Shown: positions 17,005-28,560 of the stretch, piece after piece
Numbering within the stretch: position 1 is the first letter of the stretch
How the letters are laid out: every line of letters starts with the position of its first letter
Source of the DNA: Vicinamibacteria bacterium
GTDB lineage: Bacteria; Acidobacteriota; Vicinamibacteria; Marinacidobacterales; Marinacidobacteraceae
Direction of reading: 5' to 3'
NCBI GenBank assembly: GCA_964291235.2
Contig: OZ219815.1
Span: forward strand, 928,001-992,000
DNA: 64,000 bases
Made by a program: the position numbers and the translations under genes
Notes under the pieces: generated by a model
Told to the model about the DNA's origin: nothing
The model's database searches: none
Seen by the model: the letters and a program-made list of their open reading frames with translations, nothing else

Positions 17005-17669
17005 GCGGCGGAACGGCCCCCGCGCCCGCGAACGCCCTTCACGAGGCGCTTGCCAGCATCGAGCCGCCGGTTTCGGCGGCAGTTCATGAGCGGTTGGCGC
17101 GGCTGTTCGGAATGCTGCAATCGTGGAAGAGCGCGGGGAGGGGCGCGGGAATCTCTGGATTCCGCTCACCCGATGAACTGGCGCGTCACTACTTTCGTGA
17201 GGCGCTACTCCTCGGGGATTTCCTTCCGGACCGAGGCCCTTTCCTCGACGTCGGGAGTGGAGGCGGAACCCCTGCGTTGCCGTTGGCAGTGGCGGGCGGC
17301 GGGGACTGGGTTCTTCTCGAACCGCGGCGCGCTCCGGCGGCTTTTCTGGACCTGGCCATCGAGGATCTCGGGTTGAATTCCCGGGTTCGCGTCGTTCGAC
17401 AAAGACTCAAGGACTTCTTGAAGTCTGAGGCGGGGCGAACCGAAATGCATAACTTCTCGGCGGTTACGATGCGCGCGGTAAAGCTGCAGGCGGCCGAGTG
17501 GGACATGCTCGCGGCAGGAATGTCCCCCGATGCCTCCGTGATCTGGCCAACCACCCGCGCGGCCAGGCAGCGGGCGGAACTTGCTGCCGGTCTCTTTGAC
17601 GAGACGTTCCGGGAGGCGGAACGAGGCGTCGTCTGGGTCGGACGCCTTCCCCGAAAGGACTCGCTCTGA
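17001..17669 (+). CDS. rsmG: 16S rRNA m7G527 methyltransferase RsmG/GidB-like
   Basis: LDVGSGGGTPALPLA, LLEP and VTMRA; sits in the usual position before parA. Confidence 0.8.
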   Translation: MSGGTAPAPANALHEALASIEPPVSAAVHERLARLFGMLQSWKSAGRGAGISGFRSPDELARHYFREALLLGDFLPDRGPFLDVGSGGGTPALPLAVAGGGDWVLLEPRRAPAAFLDLAIEDLGLNSRVRVVRQRLKDFLKSEAGRTEMHNFSAVTMRAVKLQAAEWDMLAAGMSPDASVIWPTTRAARQRAELAAGLFDETFREAERGVVWVGRLPRKDSL

Positions 17670-17677
17670 CCGATCGG

Positions 17678-17693
17678 TGTTTCACGTGAAACA
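17678..17693. promoter_or_regulatory. parS centromere site
   Basis: Perfect palindrome TGTTTCACGTGAAACA directly upstream of parA. Confidence 0.95.
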
Positions 17694-17738
17694 CACCTCA
17701 TCGCGGCCGGCCGAAGTGTTACCCTCGCTGCCCTCCGC

Positions 17739-18515
17739 ATGAGGATTTTGGCGGTCGTCAACCAGAAGGGTGGGGTTGGAAAGACCACCACGACGGTGAA
17801 TCTGGGCGCCGCCCTTGCGGCCAGTGGGCGCCGGTGCCTGGTCGTGGATCTGGATCCTCAAGCCAATCTCACCACCAGCTTGGGTCTTCAGATCACCGAG
17901 GACGGGTACAGCGTCTATGACGTGCTTGTGGACCGGGAACCGCTGACCCGAGCCGTGCTCGAAACCGGCGTAGCAAACCTGATCGCGTGTCCCGCCGATC
18001 CTTCACTGGCCGGCGCCGACCTGCAGATCGCGGCGGACGATCCGGACCCGCGACGACGCGCCCTGCGTCTCCGCCAGAGCCTTGCGGATTTCCGCCGGGC
18101 CGACCCCGCCACGGAATTCGCCTTGCTGGACTGTCCACCGTCCCTGGGACTGCTGACCGTCAACGCTCTCGTAGCCGCCCGGGCGATTCTGGTCCCGATG
18201 CAGTGCGAGTTCTTTGCGATGCAGGGCCTGTCCCGCTTGCTGGACACGGTGACTCGAATCGGACAAAGTTGGAACCCGGAACTTGAGTTGCTCGGCGTGC
18301 TCTTCACCATGGTGGACCGGCGCACGAAGCTCGCCCGCGAAGTCATCGACGAAGTACGGGACAAGCTCGGCGACCGGGTTTTCCGGGCGACCGTGCCCCG
18401 GTCGGTTCGCGTCGCGGAAGCTCCCTCCTATGGTGTTCCGTTGCAGGTGTACGAGCCGCGGTCCAGGGCGGCCGTCGCGTACGCAGAATTGGCGGAGGAG
18501 GTCTTGGCGCGGTGA
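17739..18515 (+). CDS. parA: Chromosome partitioning ATPase ParA/Soj
   Basis: NQKGGVGKTTT, DLDPQAN, DCPPSLG and PMQCEFFA. Confidence 0.96.
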   Translation: MRILAVVNQKGGVGKTTTTVNLGAALAASGRRCLVVDLDPQANLTTSLGLQITEDGYSVYDVLVDREPLTRAVLETGVANLIACPADPSLAGADLQIAADDPDPRRRALRLRQSLADFRRADPATEFALLDCPPSLGLLTVNALVAARAILVPMQCEFFAMQGLSRLLDTVTRIGQSWNPELELLGVLFTMVDRRTKLAREVIDEVRDKLGDRVFRATVPRSVRVAEAPSYGVPLQVYEPRSRAAVAYAELAEEVLAR

Positions 18516-19372
18516 AACGGCGTGGTTTGGGCCGGGGCCTCGAGGCGCTGCTCCCCTCAGCGCCTCCCAGCGAAGGATTCCACTCGGTACCGACTGGCAG
18601 ACTGGTGCCGAACCCCGCGCAGCCGCGCTCGCAGATTGCGGCCGAGGATCTTGAGGGACTTTCTGCTTCCATTGCCGCGCGGGGAGTGATCGAACCGATC
18701 GTGGTCCGGCCCCAGGCGGGGGATTTCCAGATCATCGCCGGGGAACGCCGTTGGCGCGCCGCCCGTCTGGCTGGACTTGAGCGGGTTCCCGTCGTTGTCC
18801 GGGACGCCTCGGATGCGGAAGTGGGGCTGCTGGCGCTGGTCGAGAATCTCCAGCGCGAGGATCTCAATCCGATCGAGGAGGCGATGGCGTTCCGCCGGCT
18901 GGCCGATGCCGGCGGTTTGACCCACGACGCCATTGCTTCCGAGGTCGGACGAAGCCGGACGGCGGTCACCAACACGCTTCGCCTGCTGGAGCTGACGCCC
19001 CAGGTGCGAAGGCTGCTGGAAACGGGGCAATTGCGAGCCGCGGCCGCCCGGGCGCTGATTCCGCTCGACGCTGCGGCACAGGCTCAACTCGCGGCGGAGA
19101 TCGTGCGGGACGATCTTTCCGTCCGGGAAGTCGAACGGCGCGTCAAGCTCGCTCGGGAGGAGAGTCGAGGCGCCGAGGGCAAGCGGTCCCCACGATCCGG
19201 CCTGGACCCGAATACGCAGGACGCCCAGGAACGAATGCAGCGGGCCATCGGGTTTCCGACTCAGATCCGTCGCCGTGGCAAGGGCGGCGCGGTCCAGATA
19301 CAATTTTTCTCGGAGGATGACCTCCACCGCATTTTTGTTTTGTTGACCGGTGAACGGGAAGGAAGAGAGTAA
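18512..19372 (+). CDS. parB: Chromosome partitioning protein ParB
   Basis: RGLGRGLEAL, IIAGERRWRAA, LVENLQREDLNPIEEA and HTH GRSRTAVTNTLRLL. Confidence 0.96.
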   Translation: MKRRGLGRGLEALLPSAPPSEGFHSVPTGRLVPNPAQPRSQIAAEDLEGLSASIAARGVIEPIVVRPQAGDFQIIAGERRWRAARLAGLERVPVVVRDASDAEVGLLALVENLQREDLNPIEEAMAFRRLADAGGLTHDAIASEVGRSRTAVTNTLRLLELTPQVRRLLETGQLRAAAARALIPLDAAAQAQLAAEIVRDDLSVREVERRVKLAREESRGAEGKRSPRSGLDPNTQDAQERMQRAIGFPTQIRRRGKGGAVQIQFFSEDDLHRIFVLLTGEREGRE

Positions 19373-19376
19373 GACC

Positions 19377-19802
19377 ATGGCACGAGATGCATCGCGGGAT
19401 GCCCATAGTGGATACGTCGGGTCCGGATCGCGCCTCTCGGGGCGGCTGAACGCCCCGGGCCCGTTCAACGTCAACGGGGAATTCGTTGGGGAAATCCACT
19501 CCGAGGACGAGGTTTCGGTGGGCAACGCCGGGAAATTCGACGGCAGGATCTTCGCCCAGCGGGTGATCGTGGAAGGCGGCGGGCGGGTCAGCGGCGAGAT
19601 CGCGGCGCAGGACGTCATCGTCCATTCGGGAGGGTCCATCGCCGGAGTTGCGGTCCAGGCCGCCAACCTGACCCTCGAAGCCAAGAGCGATGCCGATGGT
19701 GCCCACTTCCAGGTCCACCGGAACTACCGGCGCGCTGCGCAAGCGGCGGGCGGCCCGTCCGAATCCCACGCGGCCGGCGAACCCGACAGCGCCAACGTTT
19801 AG
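19377..19802 (+). CDS. Bactofilin (polymer-forming cytoskeletal protein)
   Basis: Beta-helix repeats (VNGEFVGEIHSEDEVSVG, FDGRIFAQRVIVEG, VSGEIAAQDVIVH). Confidence 0.8.
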   Translation: MARDASRDAHSGYVGSGSRLSGRLNAPGPFNVNGEFVGEIHSEDEVSVGNAGKFDGRIFAQRVIVEGGGRVSGEIAAQDVIVHSGGSIAGVAVQAANLTLEAKSDADGAHFQVHRNYRRAAQAAGGPSESHAAGEPDSANV

Positions 19803-19962
19803 ATCGTTCCGGTTTCCTTGGCAAGCCCGGCGTCGGGTGATAGCCTTCCGGCCGTCCGTGGCGTAGCCCCGCACATCCTGCCGCCCTCGGTTTCCCGACT
19901 GGTTTTTTCCCGCTTCTGGTGGGGCGGCTCGCTTCCTTTGCCCCCCTCAGGCTGTAGGTTTC

Positions 19963-20391
19963 GTGACGATCATTCCTGATTTGACCGCCTTGATCGTATC
20001 CGCGATCGTGGTGTGTCTGACGCTGGTTCTGAAGCGTCAGTTTTTCGAACCGCTGGCGCGTGCAATGGAGGCGAGAGAACAGGAGGTTGGCGGAGCCCGC
20101 CAGGTCCGGGAGCAAGCCGAAGCCGACATCGGCGCCGCCGACACCCGGGTCGCGAACGCCGTTGCGGCGGTCCGCGAGGATGGGTATCGCGAGATGGATC
20201 GGATACGCCGCGAGGCCGGGGAGCGCGCCGAGGCAACACTGCTGGCCGCTCGGGAAGAAGCGGCGGCAACGGTGGAAGCAGGAACGGAGGCCCTCCGCGA
20301 GCAGGCGGCGCGCGCGGCTTCCGAGCTCGAAGCAACCGCGAACAGCCTGGCCAACGACCTCACCGCGAGGATCCTTCGCCGCGCCTCATGA
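19963..20391 (+). CDS. ATP synthase F0 subunit b'
   Basis: N-terminal TM, FFEPL....REQ, then Ala/Glu/Arg coiled coil; first gene of the atp block. Confidence 0.85.
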   Translation: MTIIPDLTALIVSAIVVCLTLVLKRQFFEPLARAMEAREQEVGGARQVREQAEADIGAADTRVANAVAAVREDGYREMDRIRREAGERAEATLLAAREEAAATVEAGTEALREQAARAASELEATANSLANDLTARILRRAS

Positions 20392-20996
20392 AGCGGGTTC
20401 GCCGAAACCGTCTTCCCGGGCGGAGAGCCATCTGGTCCGGCCTGCCGCGGCGGTTGGCGGTCGCCGGCTGCGCCGCTGTGCTTCTGATCGCCGCGGCGTC
20501 ACCGGCGTTCGCTGCCGAAGAGGGAGCGGCCTCGAATCTGCCGAAGATCGTCAACTTCACGATCCTCGCCGTCATTCTGGTGCTCGCACTTCGCAAGCCC
20601 CTCGCCGGGTACCTCGAGGCGCGTGCGCTCCAGATCCGGGAACAGCTCGCCGAGGCGCGGGCCAATCGCGAGGCGGCGGCGCGGCTGGCGGAAAGGGCGT
20701 CTCACCGGTCGGCGGCGCTCGACGATGAGGTCGAAGCGGCCCGAGCACGCATTGCCGAGGCCGCCAGCGCCGAAGGTCGGCGGATCGTGGCGGCCGCCGA
20801 AGAGCAGGCGAAGAAGATCCATGCCACGGCTCAGGCCGAATTGAAGAAGGAAGTTCGGGTCGCGGAGCGCCGGCTGGCCGCCGGCGCCGCCCAGGCGGCG
20901 GTACAGATCGCCCGGGCGCAACTGCGCGACACCATGTCCGAGGAAGACCACCAGCGTCTGCTGGATTCCGGAATGGCGGCGATTCGTCGCGATTGA
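20388..20996 (+). CDS. atpF: ATP synthase F0 subunit b (N-terminal signal-like extension)
   Basis: KIVNFTILAVILVLALRKPL..YL..R...I followed by a coiled coil. Confidence 0.88.
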   Translation: MKRVRRNRLPGRRAIWSGLPRRLAVAGCAAVLLIAAASPAFAAEEGAASNLPKIVNFTILAVILVLALRKPLAGYLEARALQIREQLAEARANREAAARLAERASHRSAALDDEVEAARARIAEAASAEGRRIVAAAEEQAKKIHATAQAELKKEVRVAERRLAAGAAQAAVQIARAQLRDTMSEEDHQRLLDSGMAAIRRD

Positions 20997-21008
20997 GCAG
21001 GGATTGAA

Positions 21009-21557
21009 GTGCCGAGCGACGTAGCCCGCCACTACGCGCAGGTCCTTTTGGACATCGCGGTCACCGGCGGTGACGACGAAGCCAGCCTCTCGCGGCTGGC
21101 GGCCGGCATCGACGAGTTCGCCGCGGCGCTTGAGCGCTCACCGGAACTCGGCAAGGCGTTGACCTCGCCGGCGATCCCACGGGAGCGGCGGGCCGGGCTG
21201 GCCGGGACCGTGGCCAACCGGATCCTTCCGGACTCACGGCTGGCACAGTTCGTTTCGGTCATGGTGGCGCGGGAACGGTCGGATCACCTCGCGGAAACGG
21301 CGGCGGCGTTCCGGGCGGCGCTCGACAAGCATCGCGGGGTCGTGGAGGCGGAAGTGGTTTCGGCCCGTCCGCTCGACGAACGTGGCCGCGCGAGCCTTCG
21401 AGCGGCACTGGAAGCCGCGTTCTCCGGCACCCCCAGGCTTCGCTTCCGTGAGGATCCGGAGTTGCTGGGTGGGTTCGTCATGCGCATCGGGAACCGGATC
21501 TATGACGCCAGCGTGAGTCGCCAACTTGCCCGCTTTGAAGAGAAATACGGCTCCTAA
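21009..21557 (+). CDS. atpH: ATP synthase F1 delta
   Basis: VARHYAQVL, AEVVSARPL and DPELLGGFVMRIGNRIYDAS. Confidence 0.93.
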   Translation: MPSDVARHYAQVLLDIAVTGGDDEASLSRLAAGIDEFAAALERSPELGKALTSPAIPRERRAGLAGTVANRILPDSRLAQFVSVMVARERSDHLAETAAAFRAALDKHRGVVEAEVVSARPLDERGRASLRAALEAAFSGTPRLRFREDPELLGGFVMRIGNRIYDASVSRQLARFEEKYGS

Positions 21558-21600
21558 TCAACTATAAATCGCCTACAGTCAAAGAGTTACAGGATCAGCA

Positions 21601-23147
21601 ATGAGCATTCGAGCAGACGAAATCGCCGCCCTGCTGCGGGAACAGATCGCCGGCCACGAAACCGGCGTCGATGTCGCGGAAGTTGGAACCGTCGTCTCGT
21701 CGGGGGACGGCATCGCCCGCGTGCACGGCCTCGAAGGAGTCATGTACGGGGAACTCGTGGAACTGCCCCACGATGTTTACGGACTGGCGCTGAACCTGGA
21801 AGAAACGTCCGTGGGGCTCGTGCTCTTCGGCGACGTCACTTCGATCAAGGAGGGCGACACGGCCAAGCGGACCCGGCGGATCCTGCAGGTGCCGGTCGGC
21901 GAGGCGATGAAGGGCCGGGTGGTGGACGCCCTGGGCCGTCCACTCGATGGCAAGGGACCGATCGAGACCAGCGAGGCGGGCGCCGTGGAGCGAATCGCTC
22001 CCGGCATCGTGGCGAGGCAGCCGGTGAAAGAGCCGCTCCAGACCGGCGTCAAGGCGGTGGACGCCATGATCCCCATCGGCCGCGGCCAGCGCGAACTCAT
22101 CATTGGGGACCGCCAGACCGGGAAGACGGCGATCGCGGTGGACGCGATCATCAACCAGCGGGACACGGGAGTCGTCTGCGTTTACGTCGCGGTCGGCCAG
22201 AAACTCTCGACCGTTGCGCAGGTCGTCCGCAACCTTGAAGACCACGGAGCCCTGGACCACACGATCATCGTTTCCGCGTCGGCATCCGAGCCGGCGCCGC
22301 TGCAGTACCTCGCTCCCTACTCCGGATGCGCCATGGGTGAGTTCTTCATGGACAACGGCGGCCACGCCCTCTGCGTCTATGACGATCTCTCCAAGCACGC
22401 CGCTGCTTACCGGGAAATCTCGCTGCTTCTGCGGCGTCCTCCGGGCCGGGAGGCATACCCCGGCGACGTCTTCTATCTCCATTCGCGGCTGCTCGAACGC
22501 GCCGCCAAGCTCTCGGACAAACGCGGGGGCGGCTCGCTCACGGCATTCCCCTTTATCGAGACGCAGGCCGGCGACCTCTCGGCTTACGTTCCGACGAACG
22601 TGATCTCGATCACCGATGGACAGATCTATCTGGAAGGCGATCTGTTCAACGCCGGAATTCGGCCAGCCATCAACGTCGGCAACTCGGTGAGCCGGGTGGG
22701 AGGTTCGGCGCAGATCCGGGCGATGCGCCAGGTCGCCGGAACCATGCGGCTGCAGCTTGCCCAGTACCGGGAGATGGCCGCCTTCGCGCAGTTCGGATCG
22801 GATCTCGACAAGGCCACCCAGGCCCAGTTGGCCAAGGGAGAGCGCCTGACGGAAGTCCTCAAACAGGACCAATACGAGCCGCTGCCCGTCGAAAAGCAGG
22901 TGGCGATCATCTTTGCTGCCAACGAGGGCTTCCTGGACGATCTGGCCCCGGCCGACTGCGGGAGCTTCGAAAAGGGGCTGTACGGTTCCTCGAGAGCCGT
23001 CACCCGGACACGCTCGTCCGGGTTCGCGAAGAGCGAAAGCTGGACGATTCGTTGACGGCCGCGCTCCGTGAGGCGATCGCCGAGTTCAAGCGCGATGCGT
23101 TCCGCGCAGACGCCGCCGTCGAGGCGGGAGAGCCGGTCCCCGCCTAG
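21601..23147 (+). CDS. atpA: ATP synthase F1 alpha; apparent 1-nt deletion at about 22985, true C-terminus continues in another frame to TAG 23147
   Basis: GDRQTGKT and [22 protein letters not shown]. The shifted frame gives [10 protein letters not shown]...[18 protein letters not shown], a typical alpha C-terminus. Confidence 0.96.
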
Positions 23148-23168
23148 GGGCCGGGCCACGGGCCACCC

Positions 23169-25500
<2,332 letters not shown>

Positions 25501-25517
25501 CGGCAGGAGTTTTCCCG

Positions 25518-25943
25518 ATGAGCGACTCCTCCCAGCTTCGGCTCGAGGTCATCACCCCGGGCGGCGTGGTCTTTCGTGACGACGTGGACTATGTGGAGGC
25601 CCCGGCAATCTTCGGTTACATCGGGATCCTTCCCGGTCACGCCCCGCTGCTCTATCAGATACGAAGCGGCCGTCTCCAGTACCGACAGGGTGAAACGGAC
25701 CATTTCCTGGCCGTGCACTGGGGGTTCCTCGAAGTGCTCGACGACACCGTGACGGTGCTTGCGGAAACCGCGGAACGGCCGGAGGACATCGACCTCGCCC
25801 GCGCCGAGGGCGCGCTCGAACGGGCGCAGGCCCGGCTCAAGGAGTTTGGAGCCGCCTACGACGTCGAACAAGCGCAGCAGGCGGTGGCTCGCGCGGAGGC
25901 CCGTCTCCGGGCCGCGGAGGCAGAAGCCAGCTCACAGTCGTAG
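25518..25943 (+). CDS. atpC: ATP synthase F1 epsilon
   Basis: LEVITP, GILPGHAPL, GFLEV and IDLARAE.A..RA. Confidence 0.95.
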   Translation: MSDSSQLRLEVITPGGVVFRDDVDYVEAPAIFGYIGILPGHAPLLYQIRSGRLQYRQGETDHFLAVHWGFLEVLDDTVTVLAETAERPEDIDLARAEGALERAQARLKEFGAAYDVEQAQQAVARAEARLRAAEAEASSQS

Positions 25944-25944
25944 A

Positions 25945-26472
25945 ATGGGCCGGATGCGCAACTGGGCTTTCGGCCGCCTGCCGGTCGTGTCCGCCGGACT
26001 CCTGGCCGGTTCGCTGCTTCCGGCCGCGCTCTGGGGTGGAGTCACGGAGCGCCCGCGGTCCGGGGCCGCGCCGCCCAGCGTTGCTCGCGAGACGCCCGCC
26101 GGGACGGCCCCCGCGGCCGACCCGAAGCTCACCCTCCGAGCTCCCCGGCAGTTGTTCCTCCGTCCGCGGATGCCCGGAGAATCGCGGCGGCCGGCGCTCG
26201 ACGTCCGGATCACCGCCCGTATCGAGGATCTGGACACCGCCGAGAATCTGGAGGACTACTACTGTCTGGAAGAAGTCTGGGACTGGGACGACGACACGGA
26301 ATCGGTGTATGAACCCGATTGCGATCCCTATGAGGAAGGCTCGGAGGTCGAGACCTACTTCTTCGGCAGCCACCGCTTCTCGTTGCCCGGCACCTATCGC
26401 GTCTGGTTGCGGCTCCAGCGGAGCGGAGAGACGGTCATCGCGGGCAACGTCACCGTCCGGATCCGCAATTAG
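25945..26472 (+). CDS. Exported hypothetical protein with a PKD/Ig-like domain
   Basis: Signal-like N-terminus; YC....WDWDDDT, DCDPY and HRFSLPGTYRV.L (PKD-like pattern); starts 1 bp after the atpC stop. Confidence 0.65.
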   Translation: MGRMRNWAFGRLPVVSAGLLAGSLLPAALWGGVTERPRSGAAPPSVARETPAGTAPAADPKLTLRAPRQLFLRPRMPGESRRPALDVRITARIEDLDTAENLEDYYCLEEVWDWDDDTESVYEPDCDPYEEGSEVETYFFGSHRFSLPGTYRVWLRLQRSGETVIAGNVTVRIRN

Positions 26473-26475
26473 CGA

Positions 26476-26564
26476 CCCGTGGGGAAAGCGCCCCGCACCG
26501 TTGCCGGGCGGAGTCATGCGACCGGGTCCTGGCTTTTACGCGTGCGGGGCGCTTTCCCCACGGG
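26476..26564. repeat. 23-bp perfect inverted repeat heading repeat family B
   Basis: CCCGTGGGGAAAGCGCCCCGCAC (26476-26498) pairs with 26542-26564. Confidence 0.85.
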
Positions 26565-26604
26565 ATGATGACGCCCACCCCTCCGCGCTGGGCGCCATCG
26601 GTTT

Positions 26605-27356
26605 TTGTGGGGAGGGGAAACCCCTCCCCACGCCCCTCCCCCGCGGCGCGTTGCGCCGCGAACGGACGCTGGTACGTTCGCCAACAGCCCGCCCGGCATT
26701 CCGCCAGTCCCAAAGGAATGTCAGTAAGAAACTCGTCGAAGCAGCGCCCCGCGCGGTCTCCGGGGAGAGGTGCGACGATCACCCTCGTTTCTTGTGGGGA
26801 GGGGAAACCCCTCCCCACGCCCCTCCCCCGCGGCGCGTTGCGCCGCGAATGGGCACCGGTACGTTCGTCAACAGTCCGCCCGGCATTCCACCGGTCCTAA
26901 GGAATGTCAGTAGGAAACCCGTCGAAGCAGCGCCCCGCGCTGTCTCCGGGGAGAGGTGCGACGATCACCCTCGTTTCTTGTGGGGAGGGGAAACCTCTCC
27001 CCACGCCCCTCCCCCGCGGCGCGTTGCGCCGCGAATGGGCACCGGTACGTTCGTCAACAGTCCGCCCGGCATTCCGCGAGTCCCAAAGGAATGTCAGTAG
27101 GAAACCCGTCGAAGCAGCGCCCCGCGCTGTCTCCGGGGAGAGGTGCGACGATCACCCTCGTTTTCTCCATTCACGGGGCGCTTTTGCCAAGGGGTGCTAA
27201 CACCTTGCATCGCGATCGGCGCCATCGTTTCTCTGGGAGGGGAGACCCCTTCCCGCGCCCCTCGCTCGCGGCGAGTTGCGCCGCGAGCAGACGGTGGTAC
27301 GGTCCGCAACAGTTCGCCCAACATTCCGCCCAACCCAAAGGAGCATCGGTATGAAA
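26605..27356. repeat. Tandem array of about 186-bp palindrome-rich units (3 near-identical plus 1 diverged)
   Basis: Units start at 26605, 26792 and 26978 (TTGTGGGGAGGGGAAACC...GCGGCGCGTTGCGCCGCGAA...AAGGAATGTCAGTA...GACGATCACCCTCGTTT). A diverged unit lies at about 27172-27356. Confidence 0.9.
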
Positions 27357-27809
27357 ACACTTGTGACCTCAATCGTCGTGCTCGGTGTGGTGATGGCGCC
27401 CCTCCACGTCCACGCCGCATCTTGGGTGGTGGCGCCCACCATCCTGGAGGCGGCCGAAGTCGCGGCGGCCAGCGGTGCCTATCGCGCCCAGAACACGGCC
27501 GACATCACCACCGGTCAGATCCGCGAGGGCGACAAGAAGCGGAGCGCCATCGCATTCGCCCTGAGTGGCTTGCTCGCTTTCACCGGCGCAGCACTCTGGC
27601 GCAACTTGACTTGCCGGGGAGAAGGTGACGCACGGCACCTCGGCGAAGGACTCAAGACTCAGGTCGAATGCTACGACGCTGACGGTCAGCGATTGGGATG
27701 GGACACCCCCACAAAAGGCCTCTTTGGGGCCGGCGTCGCGCTCGAACTCGTCTCGCTGGGCTATCTCATCGCCCACATGCGGTCGGACGGCACATCGGAC
27801 GATCAATAG
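27351..27809 (+). CDS. Small exported/membrane protein, paralog 1
   Basis: RBS AAAGGAG, signal peptide, two hydrophobic segments and a Cys pair; highly similar to 28063-28518. Confidence 0.8.
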   Translation: MKTLVTSIVVLGVVMAPLHVHAASWVVAPTILEAAEVAAASGAYRAQNTADITTGQIREGDKKRSAIAFALSGLLAFTGAALWRNLTCRGEGDARHLGEGLKTQVECYDADGQRLGWDTPTKGLFGAGVALELVSLGYLIAHMRSDGTSDDQ

Positions 27810-27815
27810 CAGGCC

Positions 27816-28000
27816 TAACAGCCTGTGGCAAAACCCCCGCGGCGTTTGAGCGGCGATGCATCCCGTCTGAACCGCGCCTCTACGAGGCGCTCTGCGTTGC
27901 GTTTCGGTCGAAATACACCCGGTATTCCTCCCTCACGCGCCTTGTCACACGGGCGCCTCGCCACTCTCGGCGCTCACGGGGGTTTCACCACAGGCTGTTA
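27816..28000. mobile_element. MITE (185 bp) with terminal inverted repeats
   Basis: TAACAGCCTGTGGCAAAACCCCCG ... CGGGGGTTTCACCACAGGCTGTTA; no transposase ORF. Confidence 0.75.
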
Positions 28001-28062
28001 AGTTTCCGCGGACCAGCGGGCCGGTGCCCTCGGTTCTGCCCGCTGGAGGCATACTCCCCGCG

Positions 28063-28518
28063 ATGAAAAAATCTGTCGCGTCCGTCCTGGTGTTCAGCGT
28101 CCTGGTGGCGCCCCTCTACGCGGCCCCACCGGCGGGCGCCACGGCGCGGTCCATTCTGGAGACTGCCGAGGTCGCCGCGGCCAGTGGGGCCTATCGGGCC
28201 CAGAACACCACCACCATCACCACCGGCCGAATTCGGAACGACGACAAGAAGCGGAGCGCCATCGCCTACGGCCTGAGCGGCCTCATGGCGTTCACCGGCG
28301 CTGCGCTGTGGCGGTGGTTGCCGTGCCGAAACATCCCTGACGCGCCAACCAATAACGCCACGGAGAACACCAAGTACGTGAAGTGCTACAACGAGGACGG
28401 CCAGCGGAAGGGACTCGAGACCCCTACCAAGGCCTTGCTGGGGGCCGGGTTCGCGCTCGAACTCGTCTCCCTGGGGTACCTCATCGCCCACCTGACCTCG
28501 GACCGGGACGACCAGTAG
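28063..28518 (+). CDS. Small exported/membrane protein, paralog 2
   Basis: Shares AEVAAASGAYRAQNT, DKKRSAIA, AFTGAALWR and ALELVSLGYLIAH with paralog 1. Confidence 0.8.
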   Translation: MKKSVASVLVFSVLVAPLYAAPPAGATARSILETAEVAAASGAYRAQNTTTITTGRIRNDDKKRSAIAYGLSGLMAFTGAALWRWLPCRNIPDAPTNNATENTKYVKCYNEDGQRKGLETPTKALLGAGFALELVSLGYLIAHLTSDRDDQ

Positions 28519-28560
28519 CGCCTCGCGCGGAACCCCCGGACGGTCTCGGCGCTCCGCCTC

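Noticed and set aside
21601-23147. atpA, uvrD and elbD as true pseudogenes
   Set aside because: Each has one indel and no other decay, and atpA is essential; treated as probable sequence errors.
26036-27100. 354-aa repeat-containing ORF
   Set aside because: It is a translation of the palindromic tandem repeat and overlaps a better gene; Pro/Arg-rich with no credible start.
26605-27356. CRISPR array
   Set aside because: Units are about 186 bp and near-identical throughout, with no unique spacers and no cas genes.
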